Shown piece by piece: positions 27,569-37,400 of a DNA stretch of 64,000 bases. Both the position numbers and the translations under genes were made by a program. The notes beneath the pieces were generated by a model. It had not been told where the DNA came from. It saw only the letters and a program-made list of their open reading frames with translations, and made no database searches. Every line of letters starts with the position of its first letter. Position 1 is the first letter of the stretch. Where the stretch lies: contig OZ024740.1 of the NCBI GenBank assembly GCA_964016885.1, positions 4,340,001 through 4,404,000 of the forward strand. Direction: 5' to 3'. This DNA comes from Eledone cirrhosa. Its lineage: Eukaryota.

Positions 27569-27833
27569 TATATATATGAATGTATATATAGTGCATTTTG
27601 CAATACACTTTATGCTTAATTAGAAGCATTTCGAAGACCTTATGCTATTGTTTTAGAGTAGTGACAGACTCACTTACTTTAATTTCAGCAAACAGGGGGA
27701 GATAAAGCTGACAAGGCCTTGTTTCTGCAGAAGTCTGTCACTACTCTAAAACAATAGCATAAGGTCTTCGAAATGCTTCTAATTAAGCATAAAGTGTATT
27801 GAAAAATGCACTATATATACATTCATATATATA
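27569..27833. repeat. Inverted repeat, ~100-bp arms with a 61-bp spacer, embedded in (TA)n
   Basis: 27569-27670 is the reverse complement of 27732-27833 with about one mismatch. Confidence 0.93.
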
Positions 27834-27957
27834 TGGCTATTTCAGAGCAACAATTCTAATATATATATATATATATTTCATTTCTGAATTTGTTTAGCAA
27901 ATAAGATGGCGTAGGACAGAACTAAGGAGAGGCACAAAACAAAGAAAAGAATCCCCA

Positions 27958-28000
27958 GTCACTGAAGAGGTCACAGAATGTGTGACGAAAGAACTTTGAC
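27958..28000 (+). ncRNA. Minimal type I hammerhead-like motif
   Basis: GTCA-CTGAAGA-G-[GTCAC agaatgt GTGAC]-GAAA-G-AA-CTT-TGAC. Stem I is GTCA/TGAC; stem III is minimal. Confidence 0.6.
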
Positions 28001-28153
28001 AATATATGAACAACCGTCCGGTTATGGAACGAACCAACCAACCAACCGGAAATTTACAAATTTCTTAAATTTATAAATTTTATTTATAATAAATTGGAGT
28101 GAAAGCAACTGGTGCGTGTGTTTCTTATTGGCAACATGACCCTCCCAAAGTAT

Positions 28154-28189
<36 letters not shown>

Positions 28190-28356
28190 TAAAATAAGAG
28201 AGTAAAGTTTAAGCAAAGAATCGCTGCTTTCACCCTTAACGGGATCTTCTGAAACTAACAAAGTCAATCTGTAAACGCAGAACTGGATATTTCAAAAAAC
28301 GTTGCAACCGGAGGAAGACAGAAAGACGATACTTTGGTTATTATTATTATTATTAC

Positions 28357-28387
<31 letters not shown>

Positions 28388-28424
28388 GTATATATATGTA
28401 TATATATATGTATATATATGTATA

Positions 28425-28469
<45 letters not shown>

Positions 28470-28556
28470 GTAATAGGTAAACAGAAATAACAACACAATC
28501 GGTACAGTATATGGAAGGTATATATTAGGTTAACACTTGATAAAGCAGGAAGAGGG

Positions 28557-28592
28557 TCTTAACGTTTCGGACGCTAGTCCTTCATTAGAAGA
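28557..28592 (-). ncRNA. Minimal hammerhead relic with a core G5-to-A change
   Basis: Minus strand reads TCTT-CTAATGA-A-[GGAC tagc GTCC]-GAAAC-GTT-AAGA, with a palindromic AACGTT stem III. Confidence 0.6.
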
Positions 28593-28989
28593 AAGAATGA
28601 GATAAAAGATAGATTGTGGGGACGGGTGAGTTGGAATTGAAAAAAATGTCTTTAGATAAACATAACAGGTCCATTCATGTTGACATTTGTTAACCTGTTT
28701 AGCTTGCTCGTCTTTTCGGCTGCCTGGCTTGTCAATTCACAGTCATTTTTATAATGTGTCTGGCCCTTATAAAGTATGTTAATTGCTCTGGCTTCTTCCT
28801 AGTCCATTGAGCGCTTGCCGGCATATCTCGAAAACAATGGTCTTTCAATAAGTTTTCATCAGATAAAATATATGAGAGATTGGATATGCGACATACCGCT
28901 TCGGTTGTGATTATTCAATTCCTGTAGTGGTAGTAATTTATAAACTTTTGGTTATATATATATACGTATATATATATATATATATATAT

Positions 28990-29106
28990 AGTCCTATATG
29001 AGCGAGACACGGTCATCTGACCAAACTTGCCTCGAGTGGGACAACTCCCTTCTAACCCATGCTAGCGTGGAAGATGGACGTTAAATGAAGATGATGATGA
29101 TGATGA
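28990..29106 (+). mobile_element. Very short RTE 3'-terminal fragment with (GAT)n tail
   Basis: Similar to 13740-13863; lies between (TA)n tracts. Confidence 0.85.
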
Positions 29107-29113
29107 TATATAT

Positions 29114-30763
29114 AGTACCTAGCTAAAAGTAAACCCCTATACTTAGCTTTCGTCGACTTGGAGAAGGCCTTCGACAGAGTCCCCCGTTCCATTATCTGGT
29201 GGGCTCTTAGAAAACTAGGTGTTGATGAATGGCTTGTGAGAGCTATACAAGCCATGTATAAAGAAACAGTCAGCAAGGTTAGAATTAACAACGAATATAG
29301 TGAAGAGTTTAGTGTAAAAGTTGGTGTTCATCAGGGCTCTGTTCTTAGCCCCCTACTATTTATTATTGCCCTCCAGGCTATAACAGTGGAGTTCAAGACC
29401 GGCTGCCCATGGGAACTCCTATACGCAGATGATCTAACGCTCATAGCTGAATCAATGGCCGAGCTAGAGAAGAAATTCCAAACATGGAAGCACAGCCTAG
29501 AATCAAAAGGCCTTAAAATTAACCTGGCTAAGACTAAAGTTCTAGTTTGTAAGAAAGAAAATAAGGCGGCGGTCCCCTCCGGGAAGTGGCCATGTGCAGA
29601 GTGTAGGAAAGGCGTAGGTAGAAATTCCATTTTGTGTCCCAAATGCAAAGTTTGGGTGCATAAAAGATGTAGTGGGATCACAGGTAAGCTAACTAAGAAC
29701 ATAGATTTTACATGTGGCCGGTGTTCTGGGGCAATAAGTAGCAGCAAGTGCCCACAAAATACTAGCTCTTTCAACTGCGCAGAGGGTCCTATAGAAATAG
29801 CGGACAGCTTCCGTTACCTGGGTGACAAAATCAGCAGTGGGGGAGGGTGCTCTGAAAGTACAGTAGCTAGAGTCAGAACTGGGTGGAAAAAGTTCAGAGA
29901 GCTTATACCACTATTAGCCGCTAAAGGGTTCTCCCTAAAAATGAAAGGCAGGTTGTACGATGCCTGCATACGAACAGCAATGTTGCATGGCAGTGAGACC
30001 TGGGCATTGTGTGCAGAGGATATACGCAGACTAGAGAGAAACGAAGCTTGCATGCTCCGCTGGATGTGTAATAGTAATATACGTGAACGACAAAGCATAA
30101 ACGAACTAAGGAAAAAATTAGAAATAAGAGGGATCAGATGTTGTTTACTAGAGAGAAGGCTACGTTGGTATGGTCACGTGATGCGCATGAAGGACGATAG
30201 CTGTATAACAAAGTGCAGGGCAATAAAGATAGACGGTAGCCACGGAATAGGCAGACCCAGAAAAACCTGGGACAAGCTGATAAACTCCGACCTCACACAC
30301 TTACACCTCACCAAGACAATGTCACTGGACCGAGACCTTTGGCGGTACTCAGTAATAGAGAAGACCCGCCTTACCTAAATACAAAGTAAAACCTACTACA
30401 GTCAGTAGGCATCTCTAACAAAATACACCCCCGTCCCACCACCCCCACCCCATCCACACCGCCCCCTTCTATGTAAAGTTATGTTGGTGCCACACCATCC
30501 AGGCCGAAACAAATGAGATCGTGTAGGTGTCATGACAAAAAAACACACAGTCCACGCTGTAATGTGGCCGTGTAGGCAACACGGTAAAAACCTCCCAGAC
30601 CCACACTGTAAATGTGGTTGGTGTTAGGAAGGGCATCCAACTGTAGAAAACCTGCCAGACAGTCCTATGCGAGCAAGACAATCACTCTTGTCTCAAGTGG
30701 GAAAACCCCCGTCCAAACCCATGCAAGCGTGGAACACGGACGTTAAACGTTGATGATGATGAT
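29114..30763 (+). mobile_element. 5'-truncated RTE LINE, subfamily A (longest copy)
   Basis: Open RT frame, 3' UTR and (GAT)n tail. Begins directly after (TA)n. Confidence 0.96.
29116..30378 (+). pseudogene. RTE-clade non-LTR reverse transcriptase, N-terminally truncated (no APE domain in view) but uninterrupted, with an internal PHD-like finger
   Basis: [72 protein letters not shown] are characteristic non-LTR/RTE motifs. Confidence 0.93.
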
Positions 30764-30767
30764 ACAT

Positions 30768-31330
30768 ATATGGTGGCTGCAAACTCGTTTTCGAGTACGG
30801 CCACTACTTTATATCCATGCAGGAGAACCCCTACCACAATGCGTTGAACAAGTGTGACTTTTTAGTCCAGCCAGCGACTTGAAAACTCTGGTACAAACAC
30901 TACACTTGTGACAACTATTGAAACATAGTGCTGGGCCCATGGTACCATGTGAGGACAAGTGCAGAGAGATCTCCAGATATAAAGTAATGCCTGTGCCGTG
31001 AAGCTTTTATAGTGAGCAAAGGCACTGCACAAGGCCAGTCCCACTCTCTTAACCAAGATGATATTTACCAAAAAGAAGAACAAGTCAACATCATTGGATA
31101 CCATCTGGGTTGCAGGTGTTATATCAGAGTTTTCCTTCTCCTAGAATTCTGCCTTGACAAAGGCTAAGGGGTCATCTCTCGCAGTGATTTTGGATGGCCA
31201 TTGACTCTTAAGAGCTCCTTTGCCCTTTGACAGGTTTTGTGTTTAGTCCTGCAGGATGTGCAAAGTCACCCTCCTCACCAAGAAACCTTGGTGGGGTTGC
31301 CAGTTTAGTCGCCAACGACCCGACCATGAG
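30768..31330 (-). mobile_element. Putative bipartite non-autonomous RTE-derived element
   Basis: Minus strand carries AGGCAGAATTCTAGGAGAAGGAAAACTCTGAT (RTE 5'-UTR/Ceph-domain-like, from memory) and ends TGGCCGTACTCGAAAACGAG..GCAGCCACCATATAT, an end also seen at 21585-21625 on the + strand. Confidence 0.5.
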
Positions 31331-31419
31331 AGAGGTTATACTGGGATATACACATATATATACACACACACATATGGACACACATACATATATACATATA
31401 TCTACACTTCTAGTGTAGC

Positions 31420-31915
31420 TGTTGTGATCCATATATACATCACATCTCCCTACCTCTGCAGTCTCCTTGGCATATTTCATTAGATCCTTCTCATACTCAC
31501 ATATACTGCTGTTATGTCCTCCCCACCGTTCCACTACCCTGCAGTATTCTACACATGTCCTCCCCACCGTTCCACTACCCTGCAGTATTCTACACATGTC
31601 CTCCCCACCGTTCCACTACCCTGCAGTATTCTACACATGTCCTCCCCACCGTTCCACTACCCTGCAGTATTCTACACAAGCTTCATTACAACGTGTCTTT
31701 CACTATGAGGAAGCAGCCATCTGTAGCCAGCAGTCATAGTAGCTCCTGGTATTTTTTCCAGCTGGTACTTATGCTGGCTACTGTCCTTTCAGAACAACCT
31801 CCTCCACTGTTATTTGGTCCCCCTGCCCCAGGTTAGCAAAAGCTACTTCTAAGGGGCCATATAAACACAGGGTTTGTTTCATGTGAGTGTTTGCTGCTCA
31901 CTGTTCTCCTTCTGT
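31420..31915 (-). mobile_element. Old RTE RT remnant containing a minisatellite
   Basis: Minus-strand GGGCSERTVASISTSWKKYQEL aligns to GGGCSESTVARVRTGWKKFREL. Confidence 0.7.
31514..31677. repeat. 41-bp minisatellite x4 (ATGTCCTCCCCACCGTTCCACTACCCTGCAGTATTCTACAC)
   Basis: Copies start at 31514, 31555, 31596 and 31637. Confidence 0.95.
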
Positions 31916-32107
31916 CACATGCAATGCCTACGTGTATATATAAAGCGTAAAGGATGACAAATAAAACAAAACAAACTAATAATAATAATAAAAGTACAGT
32001 GCTCAGGTGCACTACTATATATCAAATATTTCAGAGTAAATACCTTGTTTTCAAATGTAAAAATATACATACATGTATGCTTACATATACACACACACAT
32101 ATATATG

Positions 32108-32492
32108 GTGTTGCGCAGTAATACAGAAGACCCAACTTCCCATGGGCACAGCCTAAGCTGAAGCATATGTACAGTATGTCCCACCCTACACTCCCATACA
32201 TCTCCCATGAGGACAGGCCAAAGTATGCATCCCGTGAAGCCCCCAGCCCACACTGTAAAGTTGTCATGTAGGCATCAAGACAAACAGCATCCAGTACTCA
32301 CTGTAAAGAAGGTTGGTGTTACGAAGGGCACCCCACCCAGTACTCACTGTAAGTAGGTTGGCATCAGGAAGGGCATCGAGCTGTAGAAACCAAGCCAAAA
32401 TCAGTTCTCTATGCGTAAGACACAGTCACCTGATCTGGCATTGCCCACAACAGGACAACTCGTCTAACCCATGCTGTAAAATGGTGATGATA
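32108..32492 (+). mobile_element. Diverged RTE subfamily B 3' end
   Basis: Similar to the reverse complement of 33285-33612 (CGCAGTAATACAG..CCCATGGG..GGAAGGGCATC.AGCTGTAGAAA..CAACAGGACAAC.CGTCTAACCCATGCT). Confidence 0.8.
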
Positions 32493-32711
32493 ATATACAT
32501 ATTTATCTGTGTATGATATGCAATTTCTTTCTTACTGCAAAATCACTGTCTTGTGATCCATAACGATAAAATACTTAGTAGCCAAAGTATTTTTATGACC
32601 TGATACAGTAAAAGCAAAGGTCAGTTTTCAATTTGCTTATTGTTTCATTTAGGATAGTGTCAACTATTTAAATGTACTTTATACAGTAATATAATAAGTT
32701 TCACGGAATAC

Positions 32712-33084
32712 ATCATCATCATCATCATCATCATCAGGTTTAGCGTCCGTGTTCCACGCTTGCATGGGTTTGGATGGGGGTTTTCCCACTTGAGGCAAGA
32801 GTGGTTGTCTTGCTCGCATAGGACTGTCTGGCGGGTTTTCTACGGCTGGATGCCCTTCCTAACACCAACCACATTTACAGTGTGGGGCTGGGAGGTTTTT
32901 ACCGTGTTGCCTACACGGCCACATTACAGCGTGGACTGTCTGGCGGGTTTTCTACAGCTGGATGCCCTTCCTAACACCAATCACATTTACAGTGTGGGGC
33001 TGGGATGTTTTTACCGTGTTGCCTACACGGCCACATTTACAGCGTGGACTGTGTGTTTTTTTGTCGTGACACCTACACGATCTC
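32712..33084 (-). mobile_element. Short RTE 3'-UTR-only element (with the 112-bp duplication)
   Basis: Near-identical to the reverse complement of 24634-24995. Confidence 0.9.
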
Positions 33085-33114
33085 AATACAGCATATATGT
33101 AATTATTAGTTACT

Positions 33115-33260
33115 GCATTACTAAGTTTTTTACCAGTTTGGAGGGGGACCTATATTTCACATCTGGTCTAGGTATATTACCAGTTTGGGGGGGACCTACA
33201 TTTCACATCTGGTCTAGGTTTATTACCAGTTTGAGAAGGAGCTACATTTCACATCTGGTC
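33115..33260. repeat. First ~3 monomers of satellite 2, separated from the main array by an RTE insertion
   Basis: GACCTA(C/T)ATTTCACATCTGGTCTAGGT.TATTACCAGTTT units. Confidence 0.92.
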
Positions 33261-34483
33261 TCATCATCATCATCATCATCATCACCGTTTTACGTCCGTT
33301 CTTCCACGCTAGCATGGGTTAGACGGGTTGTCCTGTTGTGGGCAGTGTCTGGTCGGCTGACCATGCCTTGCTCATACAGGAACTGATCTGGCTTGATTTC
33401 TACAGCTGGATGCCCTTCCTAACACCAACCTCATTTACAGTGAGTGCTGGGTGCTTTTTCGTGGCGCCTACACGTCCACTTTACAGTGTGGGCTGGGTGC
33501 TTTTTTGCCGTGGCACCTCCACGACCACCTTGCGGTGGGGGGGGGAGGGGCATATTGTTTATATGCTTCAGCATGTACCCATGGGAGGTCGGGTACCCTG
33601 TATTACTGCGTGACGCCAGAAGTCACGGTCGTGTGTCATTGACTTTGAGAGGTGTAGTTGGGTAAGGTCGGCTTTTATCACCTCATCCCAAGTCATCTTG
33701 GGTCTCCCCACTCCGCGGTTTCCATCAACTTCTAGTGCTCTGCACCTTTTTATGCAGCTGTCATCCTTCATACGCATCACATGTCCATACCAGCGTAACC
33801 GCCTCTCCTGCACGCAGCATTTGATTCCTCTTATGCTCAGTCTCTCTCTCAATTCATTTATGCTTTGTCGTTCACGTATATTACTGTTACACATCCATCG
33901 GAGCATGCAGGCTTCGTTTCTCTCTAATCTACGTAAGTCTTCCACCTTCAGCGCCCAGGTCTCACTACCATGCAACATCGCTGTTCGGATACACGCATCA
34001 TACAGTCTGCCTTTCATTCTGAGGGAGAAGCCTTTTGCAGCTAGCAGTGGTAGTAGTTCCCTAAACTTCTTCCATCCCGTTCTTACCCTAGTTATTGTAC
34101 TTTCTGAGCACCCACCTCCGTTGCTAATTCGGTCACCTAGGTAGCAGAAGCTGTCTACTGTTTCTACAGGGCCCTCCCAGAGATTGGTGGTACTTGTTTC
34201 CTGTGGCTGTTTGCTTGCTGTTTCAGCACAGCTGCTGCATGTGAATCCTACATTCTTAATTAAGCTTCCTGAGATCCCGCTACATCTCTTGTGTACCCAT
34301 TGTTTGCATTTGGGGCAAAGAATGGAGTTCCTACCTACACCTTTCCTACATACTGAGCAAGGCCATTTCCCTGAGGGGATCTGGGTTCTGTTTTCTCGTC
34401 TACTTATAAGGACCTTAGTCTTTGTCATGTTGACTTTGAGGCCCTTTCTCTCTAGTCCCTGCTTCCAGGTTTGGAATTTATTC
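33261..34483 (-). mobile_element. 5'-truncated RTE LINE, subfamily B, inserted in satellite 2
   Basis: ORF 33568-34428 (PHD-like finger, FCYLG, LHGSETW, RRLRWYGHVMRM). Distinct 3' UTR and (CAT)n tail. Confidence 0.95.
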
Positions 34484-37400
34484 TAGGTTTATTAACAGTT
34501 TGGGGGGACCTACATTCAAAATTTGGTCTAAGTTTATTACCAGTTAGGGGAGGACCTACATTTCACATCTCGTCTACGTTTATTACCAGTTTGGGTGGGA
34601 CCTACATTTCACATCTGGTCCAAATTTATTACCATTTGGGGGAGACCTACATTTCACTTCTGGTCTAGGTTTATTACCGGTTAGGGGGGGACCTACATTA
34701 TATATCTGGTCTAGGTTTATTAAGATTTAGGGGGGACCTATATTTCACATCTGGTCTAGGTGTAGTACCAGTTTGAGGGAGACCTACATTTCACATCTGG
34801 TCTAGGTTTATTAACAGTTAGGAGGCACCTACATTTCACATCTGGTCTAGGTTTATTACCAGTTTGGGGTCACCTACATTTCAAATCTGGCCTAGGTTTA
34901 TTACCAGTTAGGGGGGACCCACAGTTCACATCTGGTTTAGGTTTATTACCAGTTTGAGGGGGGACCAACATTTCAAATTTCTCTAGGTTTATTACCAGTA
35001 AGAGGGCGACCTTCATTTCACTTCTGGTCTAGGTTTATTACCAGTTAGGGGGGATCTACATTTCACATCTGGTCCAAATTTATTAACAGTTTGGGGGAGA
35101 CCTACATTTCACTTCTGGTCTAGGTTTATTACCGGTTAGGGGGGGACCTACATTTCACATCTGGTCTAGGTTTATTACCAGTTTATGGGGGACGTACATT
35201 TCAAATTTGGTCTAGGTTTATTACCAGGTTGGGGGGGCCTACATTACACATCTGGTCTAGATTTATTAACAGTTTTGGGTGGGGACCTACAGTTCACATC
35301 TGGTTTAGGTTTATTACCAGTTAGTGGGGACCTACATTTCACATCTGGTCTAGGTTTATTACCAGTTAGGCGGGGGGGGACTTCATTTCACTTCTGGTCT
35401 CGGTTTATTACCCGTTTGGGGGGACCTACATTTCACATCTGATCTAGGTTTATTACCAATTTGGGGAGGACCTACATTTCACATCTGGTCTAGGTTTATT
35501 ACCAGGTTGGGAAGGACCTATATTTCACATTTGGTCTATGTTTATTACCAGTTTGGGAAGGACCTACATTTTACATCTGGTCTAAGTTTATTAAGAGTTA
35601 GGGGGACCTATATTTTACATCTGGTCTAGGTTTATTAACAGTTAGTGGGGAAGGCATACATTTCACATCTGGTCTAGGTTTATTACCAGTTTGGGGGCAC
35701 CTACATTTCAAATCAGGTCTAGGTTTATTACCAGTTTGGGGGGACCGATATTTAAAATGTGGTCTAAGTTTATTACAAGTTATGGGAGGACCTACATTTC
35801 ACATTTGGTCTAAATTTATTACCGGTTAGGGGGGGGCCTACATTATATATCTGGTCTAGGTTTATTACCAGTTTGGGGAGGACCTACATTTCACATCTGG
35901 TTTAGGTTTATTACCAGTTTGAGAAGGACCTACATTTCACATCTGGTCTAGCTTTATTACCAGTTTGTGGGGGACCTAGATTTCAAATCTGGTCTAGGTT
36001 TATTACCAATTTGGGGAGGACCTACATTTCACATCTGGTGTTGGTTTATTACCATTTTGGCTGGGAACTACATTTCACATCTGGTCTAGGTTTATTACCA
36101 GTAAGGGTGGAGCTACATGTCACATCTCGTCTATGTTTATTACCAGTTTGGGGAGGACCTTCATTTAACATCGGGTCTAGGTTAATTATCAGTTTGGGGG
36201 TACTGACATTTCACATCTGGTCTAGGTTTATTACCAGTTTTGGTTGGGCACCTACAGTTCACATCTGGTTTAAGTTTATTACCAGTTAGGGGGGACCTAC
36301 ATTTTACATCAGGTCTAGGTTTATTACCAGTTAGGGGGTCTATATTTCACGTCTCGTCTACGTTTATTACCAGTTTCTGGAGGACCTACATTTCACATCT
36401 GGTCTACGTTTATTACCAGTTCGGGAAGGCCCTACATTTCACATCTGGTCTAGGTTTATTACCAGTTTGGTGGGGACCTACATTTCACATCTGGTCTAGG
36501 TTTATTACCAGTTTGTGGGAGACCTATATTTCACATTTAGTCTAGGTTTGTTACCAATTTGGAGAGGACCTACATTTCACATCAGGTCTAGGTTTATTAC
36601 CAGTTTGGAGGGGGACCTATATTTCACATTTAGTCTAGGTTTACTACCAGTTAAAGGGGTGACGTACATTTCACATCTGGTCTAGGTTTATTACAAGTTA
36701 GGGGGGATCTACATTTAACATTTGGTCTAGGTTTATTACCAGTTTGGGGGGCAGGACCTACATTTCACATCTGGTCTAGGTATATTACCAGTTAGTGGGG
36801 ACGTACATTTCACATATGGTCTAGGTTTATTACCAGTTAGAGGGCGACCTTCACTTCACATTTGGTCTAGGTTTATTACCAGTTAGGAGGGATCTACATT
36901 TCACATCTGGTCTAGGTTATTAGCAGTATGGGGAGGACCTACATTTCACATCTGGTCTAGGGTTATTACCAATTTGGTGGATGTACATTGCACATCTGTT
37001 CTAGGTTTATTAACAGTTAGGGCGTGACCTATATTTAACATCTGGACTAGGTTTATAACCAGTTTGGGGAGGACCTACATTTCACATCTGGTTATGGTTT
37101 ATTACCAGTTTGGGAAGGACCTACATTTCACATCTGGTCTAGGTTTATTACCAGTTTGGGAAGGACCTACATTTCACATCTGGTTTAGGTTTATTACCAG
37201 TTTGAGAAGGACCTACATTTTACATCTGGTCTAGCTTTATTACCAGTTTGTGGGGGACCTAGATTTCACATCTGGTCTAGGTTTATTACCAATTTGGGGA
37301 GGACCTACATTTCACATCTGGTGTTGGTTTATTACCACTTTGGCTGGGAACTACATTTCACATCTGGTCTAGGTTTATTACCAGTTAGGGGGGAGCTACA

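Noticed and set aside
29331-30098. Antisense ORFs overlapping the RT (also 15199-16140, 22325-23139, 33698-34486)
   Set aside because: Shadow frames of the RT coding sequence, with no recognisable motifs.
29114-30763. Autonomous active LINE
   Set aside because: The frame is open but 5'-truncated inside the RT. There is no endonuclease, 5' UTR or true start codon.
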